Source of the DNA: Thermoplasmata archaeon
GTDB lineage: Archaea; Thermoplasmatota; E2; JACPAO01; JAHFTW01
Length of the DNA stretch: 64,000 bases
Reading direction: 5' to 3'
Assembly: GCA_034667725.1 (NCBI GenBank)
Contig: JAXDQS010000010.1
Span: 352,001-416,000 of the forward strand
Part shown: in pieces, positions 52,746 to 63,139 of the stretch
Layout: each line of letters begins with the position of its first letter
How positions within the stretch are numbered: position 1 is the first letter of the stretch
Translations under genes and position numbers: made by a program
The notes under the pieces: model-generated
What the model was told of the DNA's origin: nothing
What the model saw: the letters and a program-made list of their open reading frames with translations, nothing else
Databases searched by the model: none

Positions 52746-53192
52746 TCAGCCGGGCAGCAGCTTCAGCCGCACCTTGCTGAGGTCGTAGCCCGCCGGGCAC
52801 GGCAGCGCCCCCTCGTCCTTTTCGATGGCGTAGCGCGCCCCCGACGGCGACGCGGCCGGATGGCACAACGCGTAGCTGGGGCACTCCGGCCGGGCGCAAG
52901 GCATGGCCGACCAGGTCGCCGCCGTGCCGCGCAGCAGCCGGGTCTCCAGGCTGGTGGCGACGGCGGCCGGCTCGACGGTGACGACATGAGCGCGGCCGCC
53001 ATCGTGCAAGGCGCAAGGATGGGTGACCTCGCGGACGCCCGTGACCTGGTAGGTGGCGCCCGCCTGAAGGCCGAAGCACATCTTCTGGAGGGGGCAGCCG
53101 GCGCATTCGGCGTCGGGTGCGGCGTTGGCGCCGCGGAACGTGAAGCGGGCGCCAGCGCTTGCCAGGGATTCTGGGACCAAGGTCAGGGTCAC
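52746..53192 (-). CDS. UPF0179 family protein
   Basis: TLV...A..G..F.F.G...ECAGCPL...C..L..G..Y....R...HPC.LH; C-terminal Cys cluster. Confidence 0.85.
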   Translation of the reverse strand: MTLTLVPESLASAGARFTFRGANAAPDAECAGCPLQKMCFGLQAGATYQVTGVREVTHPCALHDGGRAHVVTVEPAAVATSLETRLLRGTAATWSAMPCARPECPSYALCHPAASPSGARYAIEKDEGALPCPAGYDLSKVRLKLLPG

Positions 53193-53352
53193 GGCCGCCT
53201 CCGGCGTTGGGCAGGCTGGGCGGCATATCTGGCTTGTGGACGGAGACACTGACCTTTCCACTGGGTTCGTGGTTTTGGCAGCCTGTCCGAAAGCCTGAAG
53301 AAAACCGCCGGTTGTGCATTTTGCATCCCTCAAAGCAGGGCTTTGGCGATTC

Positions 53353-54615
53353 ATGAAGTCCAGGATTTTTGCCTTCAGTGCAACGGTGGCCCTGCTCCTC
53401 CCGATGGCCGCGACGCTGGCTCCGTCTGCATCCGCCTTGACGGCGCCGGTCTACGTCTGCCCGGACGGAACCTGGGACCTTATCCGGACGGCAGGTGGCA
53501 CGCATGCCATCAACGTGTTCCAAAAGCGACAGTCGCCTGCCCAAGTGGCGACCCGAGTCCCCGTTTCGGTCGCCATTGGCTGGGAGCACGCCAACGACTT
53601 CTCGAAAATCCTCCAGACCATCGAAATCGACAGCAATCTAGGCGGTTCCCACACGACGGTGCATAGGACCTTCGTCAACGACAACGACTTCTTCCAAGAC
53701 GCCTGCGGCACGCCGATCAAGTTCAACATGGGCGACCAATTGGGCGCTGCGGGCTGGATCGACATCACGCTTCACAACAGCCTGCTCGTCGAGACCAAGA
53801 CAAGCTCGACCACCTTTGCAAGCAGTGTGGAGGAGTTCACCTCGACCTCGCCAACCGGGACGGTCATGGCCAAGTTCACGCCCACCGGCATCGGCGGGAC
53901 CGAGGTTTCCTACTCGGAGACGCGCACCTATGGGAGCTCCTTTGCGAGGTCGCACGAGAGCGGCGCGAGCGTCGCGGTCACGGCCACCCTTTACACGGCG
54001 CACACGGTCGTCGTGGTCGGCGGCGGTCCTGCGGACTACGTGACCGACCAAGTGGACTACTTGGCAGGCGAGGTCCCCGCCGCTTGCAAGTCGGGGACAG
54101 AAGCGCCCCGGCTCTGGACCGTGGATTCTGTCCAGATGGACCCAAGCCGTTCGATTCTGGCCTGGCGCCTTTCGGATGGCGCGGACGGCTTGCGCTATGG
54201 CTGGACGGTCCTCCCAACGGCCTCGCCTGGATTCCAGACACCAAATTTCTTCGAGGCGGCCTTGGCGTCCGATTCCGGCGACGAGACCTCCACGACGACG
54301 CGCAGCACCGATGCCTGCGGCGACCTTTCCGCTTCGGACACCGACGGCGGCACCCTCACTTTCAAGTGGCTGAAGCTGGCGGACTTTGAGGCAACGCGCG
54401 CAGGCTCGGAGGGAGCATGGGTCTCGGCGGGCGTGGACCTTCAAGGAGCGTTTGACGGGGACGCTTTCGCGCTCGATGCGGTGTCCACCACATACAGCAC
54501 CCAGCCTGCGACCACCACGCAATCCATGTCCGCATCGTTGGGCGAAAGTGGAACGTGGGCGATGGCCCGCGGCGCCGTCCGTTATGAGAGCGGCGTTTCG
54601 TCGGTGACCTTCTGA
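53353..54615 (+). CDS. Secreted Ser/Thr-rich hypothetical protein, lower-GC islet
   Basis: Signal peptide MKSRIFAFSATVALLLPMAATLAPSASA; many A/T-ending codons. Confidence 0.75.
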   Translation: MKSRIFAFSATVALLLPMAATLAPSASALTAPVYVCPDGTWDLIRTAGGTHAINVFQKRQSPAQVATRVPVSVAIGWEHANDFSKILQTIEIDSNLGGSHTTVHRTFVNDNDFFQDACGTPIKFNMGDQLGAAGWIDITLHNSLLVETKTSSTTFASSVEEFTSTSPTGTVMAKFTPTGIGGTEVSYSETRTYGSSFARSHESGASVAVTATLYTAHTVVVVGGGPADYVTDQVDYLAGEVPAACKSGTEAPRLWTVDSVQMDPSRSILAWRLSDGADGLRYGWTVLPTASPGFQTPNFFEAALASDSGDETSTTTRSTDACGDLSASDTDGGTLTFKWLKLADFEATRAGSEGAWVSAGVDLQGAFDGDAFALDAVSTTYSTQPATTTQSMSASLGESGTWAMARGAVRYESGVSSVTF

Positions 54616-55382
54616 TGCAGGGCAGCCGGCGGTTGCGCACCATCGCCTTGAGGGCACTGCCGGCCAGCATGGCCCTTCTCCTCCTGCTTCCGGGATGCCT
54701 GGAGGAGCCTCAGAAGGGCGACGGGGCGTCCGTCCATGCGCCCTACGACAAGTGCGCAACCCGCCTCGGAGGCTACAATGTCACTTGCACCGCCTGGCAG
54801 CCGCCGGCAGCAAGCCAGGAAAACGTCCCCGACGGCTGGGAGTGCATCGGCGTCCAAGAGCGGGACCAGGTCGTCCATCGGCTATGGCGGTCGTCCACCG
54901 ACGAAGTGGGCCTGGAGATGGCGTTCGACGGGCCGGAGAAGTTCCACGACCAACACGGCACCCTGGATGTTTCCTGGGGAGGGGGACCTGCGAGCCGGGT
55001 TTGGCTTCACATCGGCAAGCACGCCTTCGTCCCCCTCGGGCCCGCAGCCGGGTCCTTCGTCTCCATCGAGGCCAAGACGTTCTCCTTCGTGGCGACCGCC
55101 GACCCCGGCTGGGAGCCAGAGGTTCGGATGCAGGCGGTGGAGGACGCCGCCTGGTACACGCTCGAGGTCGCCTCGGCGTCGGAGGCCCTCTTCCTTCACC
55201 CGATGGAAATGGACTCTGCGGGGAAGCCGTTCCCTTCCTTGGGCCAAAACCAATGGAACCTCACGGACCTCGTCGTGGACCTCGAAGTCGCGCAGACGCG
55301 GGGGGACGGCTTCACGTTCGAGGTTCCTGAGCGGCCGCCCGTGCCTGTGCAAAACCCCTTGGAAAACCCTCCATGCGGTTGA
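54615..55382 (+). CDS. Hypothetical lipoprotein, coupled to the upstream gene
   Basis: TGATG overlap; LLLLLPG-C lipobox. Confidence 0.7.
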   Translation: MQGSRRLRTIALRALPASMALLLLLPGCLEEPQKGDGASVHAPYDKCATRLGGYNVTCTAWQPPAASQENVPDGWECIGVQERDQVVHRLWRSSTDEVGLEMAFDGPEKFHDQHGTLDVSWGGGPASRVWLHIGKHAFVPLGPAAGSFVSIEAKTFSFVATADPGWEPEVRMQAVEDAAWYTLEVASASEALFLHPMEMDSAGKPFPSLGQNQWNLTDLVVDLEVAQTRGDGFTFEVPERPPVPVQNPLENPPCG

Positions 55383-55450
55383 AGCGGACGGGCGTCATGG
55401 GGCCGCCCACGCCGACCGGCGCCCTCTTGTGCGCCCCCCGCTAGGGCTCC

Positions 55451-56623
55451 ATGCCCATGCCTCGCGTCGCCTTGGTGGCCGCCGGGATGTCCAGGTTCGG
55501 CAACCGCCCCGAGGCGACTCCGAAGGCGTTGTGGCGGGAGGCTTGGGCGGAGATGGCGGCCCGCGCGCCCGGGTGGGACGGCCGCGCCGACGAGGCCTGG
55601 ATCGGCACGGTGGGCTTCGGCGGCCATCAGCCCGGCAACTCGGCCGCCCTGTTCCTGGAAGGCACGCCGAGCCAGGGCGCCCCCTCGCACCGGGTCGAGA
55701 ACGCCTGCGCCTCCTCCGGCTTCGCGCTTCGCGATGCCTGGCTTGCGGTCCGTAGCGGCGAGGCGGAGGTGGCCCTCGCGGGCGGGGTCGAGTCGATGAA
55801 TCCCTTCAGCAAGGCGCACCGCGGTTCCTGGCTCGGGGTTTCCGGTGACACCGAGGTCGAGCGCGCCTCCGGCCTCACCTTCCCTGGCGTCTACGCCATG
55901 ATGGCGCGCGCCCACATGCAGCGGTTCGGCACGACCCGCGAGCACCTGGCCGCCGTCGCCGTCAAGAACCACCTGCACGGCGCCGCCAATCCGCACGCCC
56001 AGTTCCAGAAGGCCACCACGATGGAGAAGGCGCTCGCCGCCCCCATGGTCGCGGACCCGCTCGGCTTGTTCGACTGCTGCAGCACCACCGACGGCGCCGC
56101 CGCCGTCCTCCTGGTGGCCGAGTCCCGCGCCGCCGCGTTCACGGACCATCCCATCTGGATCACCGGCAGCGCCGCCGCCACCGACACGCTGGCGCTCCAT
56201 GACCGCGCCGAACTGTGGGGGATGCCCGCCGCCCGCGCCGCCGCCCAGAAGGCGCTCGCCATGGCTGGCTGGACGCCCGGCGACCTCGACTTCGCGGAGG
56301 TCCACGACTGCTTCACCATCGCGGAGTTGATGGCCATCGAAGCGATCGGCCTCGTGCCGCAAGGCGAAGCCGGCCCCGCCACCCTCGCCGGCCGCACTGG
56401 CCTCGCCGGCGACCTCGCCGCCATCAACCCAAGCGGCGGCCTCAAGGCCAAGGGCCACCCGCTCGGCGCCACGGGCGCAGGCCAGGTCGTCGAGGTGTTC
56501 GAGCAGTTCCACGGCCTCGCCGGCGCCCGCACGGTGAAGGACGCGCGCACGGCGCTCACCCACAACGTGGGCGGCAGCGGCGCCACCGTCGCGGTGCACG
56601 CCTTCGAGAAGGGGTGGGCCTAG
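55451..56623 (+). CDS. Archaeal/SCP2-type thiolase (acetyl-CoA acetyltransferase)
   Basis: VENACASS, AVKNH, TDGAAA, EVHDCFT, NPSGGLKAKGHPLGATG, HNVGG. Confidence 0.93.
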   Translation: MPMPRVALVAAGMSRFGNRPEATPKALWREAWAEMAARAPGWDGRADEAWIGTVGFGGHQPGNSAALFLEGTPSQGAPSHRVENACASSGFALRDAWLAVRSGEAEVALAGGVESMNPFSKAHRGSWLGVSGDTEVERASGLTFPGVYAMMARAHMQRFGTTREHLAAVAVKNHLHGAANPHAQFQKATTMEKALAAPMVADPLGLFDCCSTTDGAAAVLLVAESRAAAFTDHPIWITGSAAATDTLALHDRAELWGMPAARAAAQKALAMAGWTPGDLDFAEVHDCFTIAELMAIEAIGLVPQGEAGPATLAGRTGLAGDLAAINPSGGLKAKGHPLGATGAGQVVEVFEQFHGLAGARTVKDARTALTHNVGGSGATVAVHAFEKGWA

Positions 56624-57339
56624 TGTCGTTCACGCTCGCGGCCCCCCGCTGCAAGCGCGGCCAGAAACTCGCCTTCGGCTTCGACGAGGACGACCTCACG
56701 CTCGCCTGGGACGCCGTGCGCAAGGCCAGCCTGCCCGCCGGCGCCCGCGTGGACGCCGCCGGCCTCGCGGTCCCGCCCTGGTTCTTCGCCGGCCTGGGCC
56801 TGGTCGCGGCCCCCGACGCAGCGCTCGTGCTGCGTCCGGTCGCCACCACCGTCGGCCCCACCGTCGTCCTGCACGGCCGGGACGCGGCGCCCGACGTCGA
56901 GCACGCCGCCCGCGCCGCCTACGCGCTCGCGCCCACGCGCCCGGAGGCGCCGTGGCAGGCGCAGCGCGTGGCGCGCGACGGCCCCGACACCGAGGCCGAC
57001 TTCCCGCTGGGCGCCTTTGTGACCCAGGCCCGCCACGACGAGGTCACGGCGCGCCGCATGGCGCTCCCCGAAGGCACGGTGCTCAGTTGGACGACCATCG
57101 GGGCGGGCGCCGCGCCCACCGAGTTCGCCCGTCTGCAGGCCGCCGTCGGCGCTTACCACGCCGTCCTCGTCGGCTTCCCCGACGGCGCCCGCACCGTCGG
57201 CCTGTGGACCGAGGAGGCGCCGCCCGCGACGGGCGACGCAGCGCGGCCGGTGCTGCGGCGGCTGTTCCGCACGCAGGGCGCATGGCGCCACGGGGTCAAG
57301 TTCGGGCCACCCGACGACGGGCGCACCCGGTCTTTTTGA
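56623..57339 (+). CDS. DUF35-like OB-fold thiolase partner with an HMG-CoA-synthase-like N-terminal remnant
   Basis: DEDDLTLA near the N-terminus; GTVLSWTTI..GAAP.EF...Y..VLV...G...RRL...RHGVKF. Confidence 0.7.
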   Translation: MSFTLAAPRCKRGQKLAFGFDEDDLTLAWDAVRKASLPAGARVDAAGLAVPPWFFAGLGLVAAPDAALVLRPVATTVGPTVVLHGRDAAPDVEHAARAAYALAPTRPEAPWQAQRVARDGPDTEADFPLGAFVTQARHDEVTARRMALPEGTVLSWTTIGAGAAPTEFARLQAAVGAYHAVLVGFPDGARTVGLWTEEAPPATGDAARPVLRRLFRTQGAWRHGVKFGPPDDGRTRSF

Positions 57340-57379
57340 AGCGCATCCTGTCGCAACAGGGGAAGGTGCGCGTCAGCGC

Positions 57380-57432
57380 CGCCGAAGCGAAAGCGAGGCG
57401 ACCGGCCTGCCGAGCGCGAAGCAGCGAGGCAG
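57380..57432 (+). other. Two adjacent hairpins with tandem G-A pairs and GAA(A) loops
   Basis: cgcc-GA-a-gc-GAAA-gc-GA-ggcg and ctgcc-GA-gc-gcGAAgc-a-gc-GA-ggcag. Confidence 0.5.
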
Positions 57433-57501
57433 TCCAACATGCCGGCTGGGTTTGCAGCCGCACCCCAACCATTTAGAAGCGGCCCTTTCCTCGCGCACGC
57501 A

Positions 57502-58770
<1,269 letters not shown>

Positions 58771-58826
58771 GCGCCGCGCCGCCCGCGCCAGCCTAAATAC
58801 ATCGTCCCCTTCGAACGAACGTAAGG

Positions 58827-60392
58827 ATGGCCGCCATCCCCGCGCCCCGTGCGCTCCTTTCGGTCTCCGACAAGACCGGCCTCGTCGAGTTCGCGACCCG
58901 CCTGTCGCGCCTCGGCCTCCACCTCGTCTCCACCGGCGGCACCGCCAAGGCCCTGCGCGACGCCGGCCTCGCCGTCCAGGACGTCTCCGAGCTCACCGGC
59001 TTCCCCGAGATGATGGAGGGCCGCGTCAAGACCCTGCACCCCAACATCGCCGGCGGCATCCTGGCCAAGCGCGACGACGCCACCCACACGGCCGCGATGC
59101 AGCGGCACGGCATGGTGCCCATCGACGTGGTCGCCGTCAACCTCTACCCGTTCGAGGAGGCGGCGAGCAAGGACGGCGCGTCGCTTGGAGAGTTGGTGGA
59201 GCAGATCGACATCGGCGGCCCCAGCCTGGTCCGAGCGGCCGCGAAGAACCACGCCCACGTCCTCGTCGTCACCGACCCCGCGCAGTATGGCCGCGTCGCG
59301 GAGGCGCTGGAGGCCGGCAAGGTGGACGGGGCGCTGCGGCAAGAATTGGCGCTGCGGGCGTTCCAGCACACGGCCCGCTACGACGCCATCATCGCGCGCG
59401 CCCTGTCGAAGCGGTTCGGCCTCACCGACTACCCCGAGCACCTGGTGTTCGCGTTCGACCGGCGCGAGACGCTACGCTACGGCGAGAACGACCACCAGCG
59501 CGCCGCGTTCTACGAGAAGGCCGGCCCCCGCAACGTCGCCGAGCCGTCGATAATCAAGAGCCGGCAGCTGCACGGCAAGCAACTCAGCTACAACAACATC
59601 CTCGACGCCGACGTCGCGCTGGAGTGCGTCAAGGAGTTCCCCGAGAAGCCGACCTGCGTCATCGTCAAGCACGCCACCCCGTGCGGCATCGCGACCGCGG
59701 CGACGCTGCACCAAGCCTACCAGGACGCCCTCGCCTGCGACCCGTACTCCCCGTTCGGCGGCATCGTGGCCGTCAACCGGCGCCTCGACCTCGCCACCGC
59801 GCAAGCCCTCGGCGAGCTGTTCCTCGAAATCATCGTGGCGCCCGGCTTCGCGCCCGACGCCCTCGCCCACCTCCAGAAAAAGAAGAACCTCCGCCTCCTC
59901 GAAGTGGTCGGCCTCGACGGCCCCTACCGCCGCAGCGGCACCCAGATCCGCAGCGTCACCGGCGGCCTCCTGGTGCAGGACCGCGACCTCAAGCCCTACG
60001 ACACCAACAACTGGAAGACCGTCACCAAGGCCCAGCCAAGCACCGCGCAACTGGAGTCGCTGCTATTCGCGGCGCGCTGCGTCAAGTACGTCCGCTCGAA
60101 CGCCGTCGTCTTCGTCCAAGGCACCCGCACCGTCGGCATCGGCGGCGGCCAGACCGCCCGCGTGGACTCGACCTTCATCGCGACCCACAAGGGCGCCGAC
60201 CGCATCCAAGGCAGCGTCCTGGCCAGCGACGCATTCTTCCCGTTCCGCGACGCCGTCGATGTTGCCGCCAAGCACGGGGTCGCCGCCATCGTGCAGCCCG
60301 GCGGCTCGATCCGCGACGCCGAGGTCATCCAGGCCGCCGACGAGCACGGCATCGCCATGGTGTTCTCGGGCCAGCGGTCGTTCCGCCACTAA
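58827..60392 (+). CDS. purH: Bifunctional AICAR formyltransferase/IMP cyclohydrolase
   Basis: ALLSVSDKTG, GRVKTLHP, IDIGGPS, LRYGEN, LSYNN, SDAFFPF, QPGGSIRD, FRH. Confidence 0.97.
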   Translation: MAAIPAPRALLSVSDKTGLVEFATRLSRLGLHLVSTGGTAKALRDAGLAVQDVSELTGFPEMMEGRVKTLHPNIAGGILAKRDDATHTAAMQRHGMVPIDVVAVNLYPFEEAASKDGASLGELVEQIDIGGPSLVRAAAKNHAHVLVVTDPAQYGRVAEALEAGKVDGALRQELALRAFQHTARYDAIIARALSKRFGLTDYPEHLVFAFDRRETLRYGENDHQRAAFYEKAGPRNVAEPSIIKSRQLHGKQLSYNNILDADVALECVKEFPEKPTCVIVKHATPCGIATAATLHQAYQDALACDPYSPFGGIVAVNRRLDLATAQALGELFLEIIVAPGFAPDALAHLQKKKNLRLLEVVGLDGPYRRSGTQIRSVTGGLLVQDRDLKPYDTNNWKTVTKAQPSTAQLESLLFAARCVKYVRSNAVVFVQGTRTVGIGGGQTARVDSTFIATHKGADRIQGSVLASDAFFPFRDAVDVAAKHGVAAIVQPGGSIRDAEVIQAADEHGIAMVFSGQRSFRH

Positions 60393-60423
60393 GCCTCAAG
60401 GCCCCCAACGGCTCCCGGGACCC

Positions 60424-60765
60424 ATGGACCTCGACGCCCGCACCCGCCAGTTCCTGGCGCACCTGCAATCGGGCGAGGAGACCGCGACCCTCGCGTTGGT
60501 CGCTCCCGACTGCATGGTGACCTTCAACGGCAAGGCGATGGCCGCCGCCAAGGCCATCCCGAAGGCGCTCGGACTGGTGGGCGGCCGCGGCATCCGCATC
60601 GAGGTCGTCGAGCTCATGGTCAAGCGCAATGTCGTCTTCACCCAATGGCGCGCGCTGCTCGCGCCGGACATGCCGGTGGCGCGTGGGCTCTTGGTGCTGT
60701 CGTGGGACCAGGACGGCCGCGTGGCGAACGCGAACGTCGATGCGCAGGTCGAGTCGCTGGGATGA
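60424..60765 (+). CDS. Small NTF2/SnoaL-like protein
   Basis: 113 aa; F...L......LVAPD.....V..QW......W..DGRV pattern. Confidence 0.55.
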   Translation: MDLDARTRQFLAHLQSGEETATLALVAPDCMVTFNGKAMAAAKAIPKALGLVGGRGIRIEVVELMVKRNVVFTQWRALLAPDMPVARGLLVLSWDQDGRVANANVDAQVESLG

Positions 60766-60768
60766 GGC

Positions 60769-61752
60769 TCAGACGCAGGTTTTCCCAAGGCCCGCGAACG
60801 GATCCTGGACAGCGCCCATGGTCGCCTTGAGGGGCGCGTCTTCCTCGTAAGGAGAGGCCCGGACGGTCTGGGTCATCCAATCCATCCACGCGGTCGGGTG
60901 GTAGGGAGCGCCTGCCCCTTCGCCGTTCTGGCTACGGACAATCCACTCCATCTCGGACTGCTTTGCGAGCGCGCCGGGCCACCAGCCGAGCGAGACGAAC
61001 AGGTCGTAGGACGGGATGGAGCTCTTCTGGAGACGGCCGATGGGCGTGGACAGCAGGAGGTCTGGAGACTCGGCGGCAAGCGCGCGGCCCTGGGTCACGT
61101 AGGGCGACTCCTGGAAACTCACAAGTTCGCAGGACGAAGAGCCCGTCAAGATTGGCTCGAACAGCTCGGCGACCATGCCATCGCCGCGGACCACGAGCAG
61201 GTTCAGCAAGGCGTTGTGCAGGGAGGAGGTCGAGTTTCGGGCAAGGTAATCCTTCCAAAGCATGTCCACCGTCATCAGCGACGCCTTGTGCCACTCATGC
61301 ATTTCCATGAGGCCCGCCAAGGTCTCCGCGTGCAGCTTGGTCCCGTCCCAACGGAACCTGGCGACCACGCCGCGCTCGTGCTCCAAGGCGTCCTGTGCTT
61401 CGGCGAGCAGGGACGCATAGCCCTCGTGGTCGGGGGCGTTGGCCACGAACTTTGCCTCCAAGGCGGGGAGCGGAGCACGGTTGCGGTGGCTGCAAGAACC
61501 ATGGGCACGCCACAGCCGGGCCAAGGGATTCTCCTGCGCCGACTCCTGGTTCAAAGGGAGGTCGCAAGTCGTGTTGAAGCCCTGCGCGACCGCTAGCAAC
61601 CGGTCCGCCATTCCAGAAAAATCAGGTGCCGGACCGACGGTGGGCGGGTCCTCTGGGACGTAGGGCGGCGACTCTGGTTCGGGTTGGACGGCCAAGACGA
61701 CGGCGAGCAGGACGCAAGCCGCGGCGGCGGCCTTAGTGAATCTCGCCCACAT
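60769..61752 (-). CDS. N-terminally membrane-anchored hypothetical protein, lower-GC islet
   Basis: MWARFTKAAAAACVLLAVVLAV; overlaps the end of the upstream gene. Confidence 0.65.
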   Translation of the reverse strand: MWARFTKAAAAACVLLAVVLAVQPEPESPPYVPEDPPTVGPAPDFSGMADRLLAVAQGFNTTCDLPLNQESAQENPLARLWRAHGSCSHRNRAPLPALEAKFVANAPDHEGYASLLAEAQDALEHERGVVARFRWDGTKLHAETLAGLMEMHEWHKASLMTVDMLWKDYLARNSTSSLHNALLNLLVVRGDGMVAELFEPILTGSSSCELVSFQESPYVTQGRALAAESPDLLLSTPIGRLQKSSIPSYDLFVSLGWWPGALAKQSEMEWIVRSQNGEGAGAPYHPTAWMDWMTQTVRASPYEEDAPLKATMGAVQDPFAGLGKTCV

Positions 61753-63064
61753 GGCCAACACCGTTCCAGCCCCACCAGACGCTCTGGGTATTGTAGGTGC
61801 ATTTGCCGCACGCGTCCATCCAACTGTCGATGGTGACCCGGGAATCGAAGACGATTTCGAAGGAGCCTTTCCCACCGTAATCCCAGGTCAATGCACCCGC
61901 AAGGACCCGCTCCTCGGTGAAGCCGGACCCCGTGGTGATGACGCCGCGTCCGGGCGCGCCACCCGGTAGCGTGCCGGTCAGCCTCCGGTCTGCATCGACG
62001 CAAGCCTCGCCGATGGTCGCGGCGAGCTTGAACACGGAATACGAACCCCCGATGAGGGGAATCATGCCTGCCACAAAGTCGTAGATGGCAAGGGACGGGT
62101 GGCCACAGGTCGAGAAATACTTGAAGTCCGACGAATCCGCGTCACTGAAGACGGGCATGACGGCAGGGCTCGGCTCTGCCATCGCGAGCTCGACGTTCCG
62201 CAGGAACAGGGTAGAGCCGTAGTGGGAGGAGCTCGATGAGTCCCAAGGCATGTAGTGCCACCCTTTGGCGCGAATGGCATAGTAGGTCGGCTGGCGGCCC
62301 AACCCGTAGATGTCGGACTTGCCCGCGATGGAGAAGGCCATCTTCGCTTCGGATTGCCGGTAGATGTCGAAGCAGGTGTTCTCGTAGTCGTAGGCCATCT
62401 GGCTCTCGGCTGCAGCCAGCCCCGACTCCGAAGTGTTGAGGGTGTTTCCGTAGTTTTGCGCGAAGGCGCGCTTCCAGGAGATGTGGGGGGTCGTGTCGGG
62501 CGTGCTGCCGACGCAGGAGCCGTGCGAGCGTTGCTGGGGCTCGACCTTGGTGCCGCCAATCCGAAGACCGCACTCCGCCGTCAAGTCCGAAGTGTAAAGG
62601 GCGCCCACCGCCGAAAGCGTCACGGTCAACCCAGCGTACGCCTCCACCCGATAGTCGTTCTGGGGGAGGATCGGCAGCCGAATCTCGGCCAAGCTTGGCT
62701 GCGCGATTCCCATGCCGGCCGGGTCATGCGCGGGCTGGACAGGGACGGCTCCAATCATGCCGGCGGCTCCGTTGTTGAAGACACGCAGGTAGGTCGTGGA
62801 TGCCGGAAGGTCGACGAAATAGAGATACATCCAGCCAAAGTCTTGGGTCAGTGGGACGCAAGGCGCGGCAACCAAGACTAGTTGCGTCCCTGGGCTCGGA
62901 CCACGAAGGGTCGCGATGCCCCAAGTCCGCGGAGGCGCCACCCCCACCCGCAGCTTGCTGAGCGTCTCAGGATCGCCACTCGGCAAAGGAACCGTGATGG
63001 TCTGCGCCGAGGCGGTCACGGGAGCCAAAATCAAGGTGACCACCAGGAGTGTGACAAGGCGCAC
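61733..63064 (-). CDS. Secreted hypothetical protein (8 Cys), lower-GC islet
   Basis: Signal peptide MRLVTLLVVTLILAPVTASA; CTTATA-like box about 25 nt upstream. Confidence 0.75.
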   Translation of the reverse strand: MRLVTLLVVTLILAPVTASAQTITVPLPSGDPETLSKLRVGVAPPRTWGIATLRGPSPGTQLVLVAAPCVPLTQDFGWMYLYFVDLPASTTYLRVFNNGAAGMIGAVPVQPAHDPAGMGIAQPSLAEIRLPILPQNDYRVEAYAGLTVTLSAVGALYTSDLTAECGLRIGGTKVEPQQRSHGSCVGSTPDTTPHISWKRAFAQNYGNTLNTSESGLAAAESQMAYDYENTCFDIYRQSEAKMAFSIAGKSDIYGLGRQPTYYAIRAKGWHYMPWDSSSSSHYGSTLFLRNVELAMAEPSPAVMPVFSDADSSDFKYFSTCGHPSLAIYDFVAGMIPLIGGSYSVFKLAATIGEACVDADRRLTGTLPGGAPGRGVITTGSGFTEERVLAGALTWDYGGKGSFEIVFDSRVTIDSWMDACGKCTYNTQSVWWGWNGVGHVGEIH

Positions 63065-63139
63065 ACGCGTTCGACAAACGTCGACTATAAGAAATTTGGC
63101 TATCTTCCCGCGGCGGTTTTTGCTAAATTTTCGTGCGCC

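Noticed and set aside
49188-53252. 1354-aa Arg/Pro-rich ORF
   Set aside because: Off-frame shadow over several well-supported genes; composition typical of GC-rich non-coding frames.
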